DNA from: a virus
Lineage: Duplodnaviria > Caudoviricetes
Length of the DNA: 41,200 nucleotides
IMG/VR virus record: IMGVR_UViG_3300036773_000196
Span: 1 to 41,200 of that record
Direction: 5' to 3' (one strand)
Of the stretch, positions 7,734 through 16,800 are shown one piece after another (the stretch's first letter is position 1; every line of letters starts with the position of its first letter). Position numbers and translations under genes: made by a program. The notes beneath the pieces are model-generated. The model worked only from the letters and a program-made list of their open reading frames with translations. It did not search any database and was not told the DNA's origin.

Positions 7734-8507
7734 ATGGAGGGCAGCGTCAAAGATCGCGAGCACGAGGACCGCGCCGAGCACAAACGCCGCAAGGCGATCT
7801 TCCCGATGTCCCGGCTGAAGCTCGAGGAACCGCAGGCCGACGGGCGCCGGCGGATCGAGGGCTACGCCGCGGTGTTCGGCAACCGCGACTCCTACGGGGA
7901 CATCATCGTGCCGGGCGCGTTCGAGAAGACGCTGACCGAGAAACCGGACGTCAAGGTGCTGTGGCAGCACGACACCGACCAGGCGATCGGCAAGCAGGAG
8001 TCCGCCTACGAGGACGAGTTCGGCCTTGCCGTGGTCGGCGTGCTGACCCCGACCGATCTCGTCAAGGGGACGGTCGTCCCGCTGCTGAAGGACGAAGTGA
8101 TCACGGGCCTCTCGATCGGTTACGAAACCGTCGTGGAGGAGTACAACTCCGACCTGGGCGTCTGGTTCCTGAAGGAGATCCGCCTCTGGGAGTGGTCGCC
8201 CGTCACCTTCCCCGCGAACGAACTCGCGACGGTCACCGAAGTGAAGACGCTCGGCGATCGCTCCGACGCCCACACGGCGAGGGCCGACCGCCACGCGAAG
8301 GCCCTGATCCACGAGTTGGAGGGCTACTTCAAAAAGTCCGACCGGCGAGACGCGCTACCCTCCGAATCGCTGACTGAGCTTCGCACCCTGTTGGAAGGTC
8401 AACTTCCCGGTGATGGAGCGCTCTCCTCGGTAGACGAGAAGCGGATTCAGGCGGCCTATCTGAAGGGCGCGGACGACACGCTCGCCGGCCTCGCAGAGAT
8501 CTTGTAG
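7734..8507 (+). CDS. HK97-family prohead protease
   Basis: IEGYAAVFGNRDSYGDII.PGAF, LWQHD, GLSIGY, L.EWSPVTFPAN. Confidence 0.93.
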   Translation: MEGSVKDREHEDRAEHKRRKAIFPMSRLKLEEPQADGRRRIEGYAAVFGNRDSYGDIIVPGAFEKTLTEKPDVKVLWQHDTDQAIGKQESAYEDEFGLAVVGVLTPTDLVKGTVVPLLKDEVITGLSIGYETVVEEYNSDLGVWFLKEIRLWEWSPVTFPANELATVTEVKTLGDRSDAHTARADRHAKALIHELEGYFKKSDRRDALPSESLTELRTLLEGQLPGDGALSSVDEKRIQAAYLKGADDTLAGLAEIL

Positions 8508-8541
8508 TTCCCCTCCATCCGACCAAAGGAGAGTCACCCCG

Positions 8542-10092
8542 ATGCACGCCCTGATGCTGTTGGCGGCCGTCGCCGTCGCCCTGCTCGCCGTCTGGCTTGC
8601 GCTCGAACCTCGCGTGGCCCGCTCACCCGTCTTCCTTCGCCTGCGCCGGTGGTCCGCGCGTCGGGTGATGAAGCTGCGTCTGCCCGACCGCCTCGCCATC
8701 GCCCTACTGCCGCCGATGTGCGGCGCCGACGGGGCGACGGACATCGACCTGACCGAGGGCGAGAAACAGGAGGCCGAGCGCCTCGGCAAGGCCGTGGAAA
8801 AATTGCAGGGTGATCTGAAATCGCGGTTGGACGAGATCAAGGGTGAACACAGCGGCGATAAGGAGGAGGTCCAGAAACGAGAGGCCGAGCTTGCCAAGCA
8901 GGTAGACAAACTGCTCGGCCTCGAGGAGAAGCGCAAATCAGACGCCGTCGAAGCCTTCGAGGCCGAACTGAAGGAGCGCTTCGAGAAGCTCGAGAAGGAA
9001 GTCGGGGAGGTCGCCAACGCGCCCGTCCGGCGTCCGCTCGGCAAGCTCGGCGGCCCGCATCCGTCCGTGAAGGATCGCTACGAGGGGGAGAACTTCTTCC
9101 TCGACCTGAAGAACGGGATGCGGGACCCGAACGTCGCGGAGAAGATCCAGGCGTACGAAGCCAAGTTCCGCGAGGAAGCCCGCCAGAAGTCATGGGCGAT
9201 CGGTGACCTCGAAGACGCGGACCTCGTGCTGCCGGACATCCAGCAGGCGCTTCCGTTCCTGCGGGCCCGCACGGCGATCGTCAACCTCTGCCGCGAGATC
9301 CGCACCTCCTCACCCGCGGTCGAGTTCCCGGTCTACAAATCGGGGCTGACCGTCGGCCACGTCGAACCGGGCGAACCCAAGCCCGAAAGCACGCCGGAAT
9401 TCGATCTCGAGGTCGCGCGGGTCTTCACGATCGCCGGGATCACCGACGTGCCGAACCAGACGCTCGAAGACTTCCCGGCCGCCCGCGGCTGGATCTCGAC
9501 CGAGCTCGGCGCGGCCACCGGGGCGCAGGAGGAGAAAGACGTCCTCAGCGGGGACGGCACGGGCGAACCGCTCGGCTTCTTCGCCAACGAAGAAATCCCG
9601 ACGCGGAAACTCGACACGACCGAAGGCGCCGGCGTCGGCCGGAACCTGATCACGTCGATCTTCCGCGCCGCCCAGGATGTCCGCGCCAAAGGGCTGACCG
9701 AGCCGACCGGCGTCGGCCTCAACCCGGCCGCGTGGACCGACGTCGTCCTCTCCTTCGAGGGGAACATCGGCTTCCTGTACGGACCGCCGGTGATGGGCGG
9801 CGACCAGGGCGCGCCGCTCGACAACCCGCCCGCCCGGGTGATGGGCCTGCCGGTCACGTGGTCGGCCTACGTGCCCACCGCGTGGGGCAAAGAAAACAAA
9901 AAATCCCCGATCCTCGTCGGCAACTTCAACGACGCGATCGTGCTGCGGCGGGCGCCGTTCAGGATCGACATCGATACGTCGATCGGGTTCAAGAAAAACA
10001 TGACCACCTTCCGTGGTGAGGAGCGGATGGGCTTCATCGTCGTGCGGCCCAAATCGTTCGAGATCATCACGGAATACGCGGTCACCCCGTAA
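8542..10092 (+). CDS. HK97-fold major capsid protein with delta domain and hydrophobic N-terminal extension
   Basis: Coiled-coil N-region, EPKPES.P.F, GDGTGEPLG, MGLPV, GNF, FRGEERMG.IV.RP. Confidence 0.92.
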   Translation: MHALMLLAAVAVALLAVWLALEPRVARSPVFLRLRRWSARRVMKLRLPDRLAIALLPPMCGADGATDIDLTEGEKQEAERLGKAVEKLQGDLKSRLDEIKGEHSGDKEEVQKREAELAKQVDKLLGLEEKRKSDAVEAFEAELKERFEKLEKEVGEVANAPVRRPLGKLGGPHPSVKDRYEGENFFLDLKNGMRDPNVAEKIQAYEAKFREEARQKSWAIGDLEDADLVLPDIQQALPFLRARTAIVNLCREIRTSSPAVEFPVYKSGLTVGHVEPGEPKPESTPEFDLEVARVFTIAGITDVPNQTLEDFPAARGWISTELGAATGAQEEKDVLSGDGTGEPLGFFANEEIPTRKLDTTEGAGVGRNLITSIFRAAQDVRAKGLTEPTGVGLNPAAWTDVVLSFEGNIGFLYGPPVMGGDQGAPLDNPPARVMGLPVTWSAYVPTAWGKENKKSPILVGNFNDAIVLRRAPFRIDIDTSIGFKKNMTTFRGEERMGFIVVRPKSFEIITEYAVTP

Positions 10093-10106
10093 GGGCGCTG
10101 ATCCCG

Positions 10107-10358
10107 ATGGCCGAGTCGAAGAGCAAAGCCAAGAAAGCCCCCGAGTCCGACGACTCGGGGGCGCGGTCGGGTTTCCCCGCCCACGAGCCGCGCAGCGGGC
10201 ACGTCAAGCGCCACGATCGCCTCCTCACCGCCTCCGAGCGGCGGGAGCGCGAATCCAAGCGCGCCGCGGCCCGCGAGACGGAAGTCAAGGCTCAGGAAGC
10301 CGCGGCCGACGATCGCGAGCGCAAAGGCTGGGCGGCGAGGCGCCACGAGCGGAACTAG
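10107..10358 (+). CDS. small charged hypothetical protein
   Basis: Fills the gap between capsid and connector genes. Confidence 0.55.
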   Translation: MAESKSKAKKAPESDDSGARSGFPAHEPRSGHVKRHDRLLTASERRERESKRAAARETEVKAQEAAADDRERKGWAARRHERN

Positions 10359-10361
10359 CCC

Positions 10362-11108
10362 GTGACGCTCGCCCGATCCGCACTGGTCACCGTCGATGAG
10401 GCCCGCACCTTCCTAGGTGCGGAGCCTCACGACGACCCGTCCACCGAGTTGCTCGAACAGATCATCGAAGGTCTGAGCACGCGGATCTCCCAGAGGACGG
10501 GCGACCTCTACACCAACCCCGCCGGGGTGCTCGCCAAAGAGGGCGACCCGTGGCCCGACGAACTCTCCGAGCGGGTCTACGAATTCGACCCGACCGAGCG
10601 GATCGTCTCGATCGACTATGCCCGCGCCGTCGCGGCGATCGAGCTCAGCACCGCGCCCGGCGACGAAGACTCGTGGCAGGCGCTCGGTAGTAGCGATTAC
10701 TACCTCGAGCCGGTCGGCCGCCCCGTCACCACCTCGATCACCTTCCTGACCGCCGTCGATCTTCCCGCCCAGGGCGTCGGCTGGGACGCGCTGGCGATGC
10801 ACGCCCGGCAGAGCGGCGCCGGCGCCGACACGCAGTGGACCGAGTGGCCGCGCGCCGCGGCGGCGGCGGTCCACGTCCGCGCCTTCGCCCGCGTCAAAGC
10901 GAAGTTCGGCCTCGGCACCGACTCCGCAACCGTCCCGCAGAACGTGAAGCTCGCCCTGCTGATGTGGTTGCAGAACATCCACAAGCGCGACGTCGCGTTC
11001 ACCTCGGAGACGATCGGGGTCGCCTCGGCCACGATGAAGATGCCCGCCGACGTGGAAGAGCTACTCGAAGGCGAGGAGGACATCCAGTCCCTCGTCGGTG
11101 CGGTCTGA
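10362..11108 (+). CDS. head-tail connector (gp6-like adaptor)
   Basis: LVTVDEARTFL, VPQNVKLA.L, MPADVEELL; position after the capsid gene. Confidence 0.75.
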   Translation: MTLARSALVTVDEARTFLGAEPHDDPSTELLEQIIEGLSTRISQRTGDLYTNPAGVLAKEGDPWPDELSERVYEFDPTERIVSIDYARAVAAIELSTAPGDEDSWQALGSSDYYLEPVGRPVTTSITFLTAVDLPAQGVGWDALAMHARQSGAGADTQWTEWPRAAAAAVHVRAFARVKAKFGLGTDSATVPQNVKLALLMWLQNIHKRDVAFTSETIGVASATMKMPADVEELLEGEEDIQSLVGAV

Positions 11109-11557
11109 TGGCCGGCATCCGGATCGAGTCGCAGGGCAACGCCGTGGAGGGCAGCGAGCGCTTCAGCGCGGAGATCGGTCCCGCGCTCTACCGCGCGCTG
11201 CTGAAAGGCGCCCTCGCCCTCGGCCGCCGGATCGCCGAAAACGTGGAGGACTTCAAGGAGACGGTCGGCACCCGCCGGCTCAGCCGCTCCTTCCTGACGC
11301 CGGAGCCCGACGCCGGCGGGAACATGATCCTCGGTGGCGAGTCGCCCGTCTACGCCGCCATCCACGAGTACGGCGGGACGATCCGCCCGGTGACGGCCGA
11401 GTGGCTGCACTGGACCGACCCGCAGGGCGGCGCCCACTTCGCCAAAGAGGTTCACATCCGCGAGAAGCGCTACGCGCGATCGGCGATCGAGGAGTTCGAG
11501 GCGTCCGGCGAAATGACCTCGATCCTCGCCGCCGAGCTACACGGGGCACTGTCGTGA
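11108..11557 (+). CDS. neck / tail-completion protein (HK97 gp10-like)
   Basis: T.RLSRS...VYAAIHEYGGTI.P; TGATG coupling. Confidence 0.7.
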   Translation: MAGIRIESQGNAVEGSERFSAEIGPALYRALLKGALALGRRIAENVEDFKETVGTRRLSRSFLTPEPDAGGNMILGGESPVYAAIHEYGGTIRPVTAEWLHWTDPQGGAHFAKEVHIREKRYARSAIEEFEASGEMTSILAAELHGALS

Positions 11558-12030
11558 ACCCGGCGGTCGATCAGCGCATCCGCGACGTGAAGGCCGGGCT
11601 GCTCGAGCGCTGGGCGCCCGACGGCGAACCGATCGGTGAACTCGTCCGGGCGCTCGACCACGAGCCGCTGACGGCGCCGAAACTGCCGCTGCTGACGATG
11701 ATGTTCCGCGGCTTCACCCGGGCGCGCCTCGAGTCGCACGAGGTCCGCGCCCCGGTCGTCGACCCGATCGGTGGGCGCCGGTGGATTTGGAGCTTCTACG
11801 TGCGGACGTGGGTCGGGTTCAAGAACGATCCTGTCGCCGCGCAGGAGACGCTCGACGTGCTGACCCCTCAGGTGGTCGTCGCGCTCGAGGAGGACCGCAG
11901 CCTCGGCGGCATCGCCGTGGACGCGGCGATGGAGTCCGGCGACGTCGCGGTGAGTCGTCCGAAAGCGGGCAACCCGACCCTGATACTGACCTCGATCTGC
12001 GTCGTGGAGACCGAGGAATCTCTGACCTAG
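11554..12030 (+). CDS. putative tail terminator
   Basis: Position before the major tail gene; ALEEDRSLGG motif; GTGA coupling. Confidence 0.6.
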   Translation: MNPAVDQRIRDVKAGLLERWAPDGEPIGELVRALDHEPLTAPKLPLLTMMFRGFTRARLESHEVRAPVVDPIGGRRWIWSFYVRTWVGFKNDPVAAQETLDVLTPQVVVALEEDRSLGGIAVDAAMESGDVAVSRPKAGNPTLILTSICVVETEESLT

Positions 12031-12042
12031 AAGGAGTAGAAG

Positions 12043-13092
12043 ATGGCCAATGAACGCTACGCAGAGTTGATGCTCGAGACGACGCAGGGGAACGAGAACA
12101 CCGCGTCCGTCACCAAAACCAAAAAATGGTTCGTGCCCGCCGAGGAAATGGGCTTCGCCCCGACCCCGACGCTGCTCGACCGCTCCGACGAGATCCGCGC
12201 GCTCGACGGCCGGGTGATCCAGGCGCAGAACGAATACGCCCCCACGGGGTCGATCGGCCTGCGCGCCTACACCCGCTACCTGGGCTTCCTCTGCCTGCTG
12301 CTCTTCGGAGAAGTCACCACCGAAGAAGGCAACGGGACGACGGTGAAAGATCCGCTCGAAGTCCTCGTGCCCAAAAAAACGTTCAAGCACACGTTCAAAA
12401 AGAAAGGCGGCTCGATCCCGGCGACCGCGAAGGCGATCGTCGCCTACTACGACAAATGGATCGAAGCCCGCGGCGTGTCGCTCTCCTCGCTGGCCTTCAG
12501 CCTCGCCGATGACGGCGTCAAAGCTGCGGGCACGATGAACGCGAACTACCTCAAACGGCTGACGGTGGACCCGGCGGAAGCGCCCGAAGGGGACGCCTTC
12601 TCGGTGCTGCCGTTCCGGCGCCGCAACCTGAAAGTCGAAACGCCGAGCCTCGTCACCACCAAGGCGCTCGACTCGGTGGACTTCAGCCTCGAACAGTCCC
12701 TCGAAGCGGTCCGGCCGCTGGGGGTCGCGACGGGCTGGCCGCAGGTGCAGGAACGGGTGAACAGTCCGGAGGGCTTCCTGCGGATGCAGGGATCCTTCAG
12801 CCGGCGCGACTTCGACCCGGTGGACTGGGACGCCCTGATCTCGGCGGCCGTGTTCGGGATCAAATTCATCTTTGAATCCGAGCAGAACATCCCCGGGTCG
12901 GAAGGCGGCAACCACCCCTACGCGATGTACGTCATCACCAACGGCGCGCAGTACACCGGCGGTGGTCCGGAAAACCTCAAACAGCAGGCGCGCCACGAGG
13001 CGAACTACGACTGGCAGGCGGGGTCGTCGGAATCGGCGAAATCCGACGTCGAAGTCGTGATCGTCAACGACGTCAAAAGCTACACCGAATAG
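12043..13092 (+). CDS. major tail (tube) protein
   Basis: Strong RBS, 349 aa beta-rich protein with FKHTF, upstream of chaperone and tape measure genes. Confidence 0.8.
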   Translation: MANERYAELMLETTQGNENTASVTKTKKWFVPAEEMGFAPTPTLLDRSDEIRALDGRVIQAQNEYAPTGSIGLRAYTRYLGFLCLLLFGEVTTEEGNGTTVKDPLEVLVPKKTFKHTFKKKGGSIPATAKAIVAYYDKWIEARGVSLSSLAFSLADDGVKAAGTMNANYLKRLTVDPAEAPEGDAFSVLPFRRRNLKVETPSLVTTKALDSVDFSLEQSLEAVRPLGVATGWPQVQERVNSPEGFLRMQGSFSRRDFDPVDWDALISAAVFGIKFIFESEQNIPGSEGGNHPYAMYVITNGAQYTGGGPENLKQQARHEANYDWQAGSSESAKSDVEVVIVNDVKSYTE

Positions 13093-13098
13093 TCCGGA

Positions 13099-13129
13099 GC
13101 GCCCCGAATACGAACGGTATTCGGGGCGC
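13099..13129 (+). terminator. 13-bp hairpin after the major tail gene
   Basis: GCGCCCCGAATAC-gaacg-GTATTCGGGGCGC; no U-tract. Confidence 0.6.
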
Positions 13130-13164
13130 CCGGCATCACCCACGAAAACGAAGGAGCACCACGA

Positions 13165-13515
13165 ATGGCACGAGTCAAGGCACGCGCGGATTCACAGATC
13201 ACCCTCGACCTGAAATGGGACGGGGAGACGGTCACCTACAAATCCAAACGGCTGACGATCGACGTCGAAGAGGATCTCGCCGAGGTCGGCCGTCGGATCG
13301 AAGAGATCGAGTTGCGGGGGGACGCGCCGCCGCTCGAGCAGATCACGGTTCAGGTGGAACAGCTTGACGTGATGCTCGAGCGCAACGTCCCCGACGACAC
13401 GAAACCGGCGCTGCCGAGCGAAGTCATCCTCGAGCAGTACAAATCCGGCGAGCTGACCGGGCCTGAAGTGCGCAAGCTCGTAGGCGACGTCATCCGGGCC
13501 TCGCGCCCTACGTAG
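13165..13515 (+). CDS. tail assembly chaperone (gpG-like)
   Basis: Between tail tube and tape measure genes; GAAGGAG RBS; ends ...SRPT*. Confidence 0.75.
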   Translation: MARVKARADSQITLDLKWDGETVTYKSKRLTIDVEEDLAEVGRRIEEIELRGDAPPLEQITVQVEQLDVMLERNVPDDTKPALPSEVILEQYKSGELTGPEVRKLVGDVIRASRPT

Positions 13516-13853
13516 AACTCTGGGGAGGGGGGCCGGATCTTGACGAGGTCGTCTGGGAAGTGGAGCGCGGAGGGGACGCCGGCGACGGCGAACCCCTCGA
13601 TCGCGAGCCGTTGTGCTTCACCACCCGCGACCTCGTCATCCTCGCCCACCGTGCAGGGGTCGCGCTGCACGTCCTCAGAGGTGAGTACCCGGCGTGGGAG
13701 GCCCGCGCCCTGCTTCTCGACCAGGTGGCCCAACTCGAGCAGCGCCGGCGCGCGGCCGCCGAAGAAGACGATCGGGGCCCGGCGCCGCCGATCAACCCAC
13801 CCGACCAGCCCGCGCCGTCGTGGGTCGATGACCTCCCGAGCGACGAGGACTAG
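13506..13853 (+). CDS. tail assembly chaperone extension (gpT-like), probably reached by -1 frameshift
   Basis: -1 frame is open from CCC 13506 (PYVELWGGGPDLDEVVWEVERGG...) to TAG 13853. Confidence 0.6.
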   Translation, partial: PYVELWGGGPDLDEVVWEVERGGDAGDGEPLDREPLCFTTRDLVILAHRAGVALHVLRGEYPAWEARALLLDQVAQLEQRRRAAAEEDDRGPAPPINPPDQPAPSWVDDLPSDED

Positions 13854-13862
13854 GCGGCGCTG

Positions 13863-16800
13863 ATGGCCGACGAGAAATTCACGATCAAGGTTTCGATGCG
13901 CGGCGAGGGCGCCGTCGTAGCCGGGTCGAAAGTCGTCAAGGGCGCGGTGCGGGACATGTCGCGCGAGGTGGACACCGCCTCCCGCCACATGAATCAGAAC
14001 GTGAAGGCGACCGACGAGCTCGGTCGCTCCCACGAGCGGGCCGCCCGCTCCACCCACAACATGAGTTCGGCGCTGAAGGACACCAACGCCCGCTTCACCG
14101 GCCTGCGCAACATCATCGGCACGATCAAATGGCCGGCGCTGATCGCCGGGGCGGGCTATGCGGCGCAGGGCCTCGGCGCGCTCGGCGCCGCCTCGGTGGC
14201 CCTCGTGTCGGCACTGGCGCCGCTCGCCGGTGCCCTCGCCGCCGGGCCGAGCCTGTTCGCGTCCTTCGCGCAGGGCGCGGGTGTGGCGGCCCTTGCGCTC
14301 GGCGGGGTGATGAACGCCCTCGGCGCGATGGAAACGGCCTCGCTCGGTGCCGGGGAAACGGCCGCCTCGAGCGGCAAGGCGATCGAATCCGCGAACGAAG
14401 GGGTGATCTCGGCCGAACGCGCGCTCGCCTCCTCCCAGACGCAGGCGAAGCTCGCGCAGCAGTCGCTCACCGCCGCCCGCCACGAAGCGGTGGCCGAACT
14501 GAAAGATCTGAAGAACGCCTCGATCTCGGCGGCGCTCGGCGAGGAACGCGCGGTGCTCAGCCTGCGCGAAGCCAAGCAGTCCCTCCGTCAGGCCGAGCGC
14601 ACGCCCGGCACCACCGGCAACGAAATCGCGGACCTCGAGTTGGGCGTCCGCGAATCGCGGCAGTCCCTCCACGAATCGCGGCTCTCGGCCTCCCGCGCGC
14701 ACGGCGAGGCCGCTCGCGCGAGCACCCGCGGCGTCTCCCGCAACCCCCAGGTGGTCGAACAGAACCGCTCCCTGCACGAAGCTCAACTGAGCGTCCGCGA
14801 ATCGGCCGAAGGGCTGGCGAAAGCCGAGCGCTCCGTCGGTGAATCGATGACCGAATCCGGCGGCGCCGCCTCGACGCTGGCGCAGAAAATGGCCGCGCTC
14901 CCGCCCGCGGCGCAGACCTTCGCCAAGTTCCTCTACGGGCTGAAACCGAAACTGGACACCCTCCGCCAGACCGCGGCGAAGGGCCTTCTGCCGGGGGTCG
15001 AACGTGGGATCACCAAAGCGCTGCCGCTCTTCCCCAAGCTGAACAAGGCGACCGGCGAAACGGCGGTGACGATGGCCCACCTGACCGAACGCGCCGGGCA
15101 GATGGTCGGGAGCAAAGGGTTCGGCCACGATTTCGAATCGATCACCAAATCGAACACGAAGGTGATCGGCTCCCTCGGCGGCGCGGGCCTCAGCATGGCC
15201 GACGCCCTCCGTCAGGTGATGGTCGTGGCCGAGCCGCTGGTCGAATGGATGGCGACGTCGGTCAAGGTCGGTGCCGAACAGATCGACACGCTGACGAAAC
15301 AGGGCCGGGCCAGCGGCACCCTCGCGCACTTCTTCGGCGAAACGCGCGACGTGATGGAAAAAGTCTTCACGATCGGGTCGAACGTCGCCCACGCCTTCTG
15401 GGATATCGGCAAGGCGGCCAAGCCGCTCGGTGACGAAATCCTCGTCTCCTTCGTCCATAGCTCGGAATCGCTGGCGAAGTGGACCGACTCGCTGAAGGGG
15501 CAGAACGAGTTGAAGGAATACTTCGCGGAAGCCAAACCCGGCATCTTCGAATTCGGCCGGCTGATCCGCGACGTCACCGAGGACACGGTCGAACTCTCGA
15601 AAGGGAAAGGATTCTTCAACCTGACCCGGGCGCTGCGGACCGAACTGCTGCCGGTCCTCAAAGAAGTGATCGGCAACACGGCGGAAGCCTTCGGGCCGGT
15701 GCTGGTCAAGGCGTTGGTGCAGATCGGGAAGCTGCTCGGCACGCTCGCCGGCTCATCGGGGCCGCTGACGATGTTCGTCACCGACGTGACGTCGATGATC
15801 AAGATCCTGAACGGGGCCTTCGACAACATCCCCGGGCTGAAGACGTTCGCGGTGACGCTGATCGGGATCGCCACGGTGTCCAAAGCGATGAAGTTCGTCG
15901 GCATGATCACCGGCCTCGGCAGCGCGCTGAGCATCGCGAAAAAGATCCTCGTCACGATGGGCCTTATCGAGGCGACCCAGGTCGGGACCGGGGTCGTGGG
16001 CGGGGTCGAGACGGCAGCGTCGACGATCGGCACCACGGCGGCGGCGGGGAAGGTTCTCTACGGGCCGACCGGCGAGGTGATCTCCACGGTGGAGAACACC
16101 GCCGGCGGCGCCGCGGCAGGCGCGGGCGCCTCGCGCGGCGCCTCGATCGCCTCCAAGGCCGGGCTGATGAGCGAGGCGGGGATGATCACCTCCAAAGGGC
16201 TGATGCTCAGCGGCGTGGCGACGGTCGCCATCACCGCGGCGAACGCGCTGATCAACCCCGACAAGACGGGCGAAGATCCGGCCCACGAAAAAGAACTGCA
16301 CCTCAAAGGGCTGGAATTCAACGTCTCCGGCGGCAAGTCCGAAGTGCAGCTTCAGTCGCTCGCCCGCCACTTCGGTAAGACGATGGACAAGCTCCGCGTC
16401 GATGCCGCGGTCGGGATGGGCGCGATCGACAGGGCGCTCGAAACCGGCCTCGTGCAGGCGAACGAAACCTGGGAAAAAGGGACGCCGCGATGGCGCAAAC
16501 ACACCGCCGAGGCGATGCACGGCGCCGTCTCCGAGATCCGGCAGGGGATGCGGCTCGGGACGATCAGCACCGAAGAAGGGCGCGATCAGATCGGAAAGAT
16601 CCTCCGGCGCCTGCACCTGCTGACGGGGAAGGACCCGCTCGGCCTCTCCGAAGAAGTGACGCACGAGTTCAAGAAGACGGGGCAGATCACCGCCGCCGGC
16701 GTCTCCGACTTCGCGCGCCAGCTTCAGCAGATGCCGAAAGGCGCCCGCGAACAGACCCGCGCCGCCACCACGGCGATGCTCGCCGCGTGGGCCGACGGGC

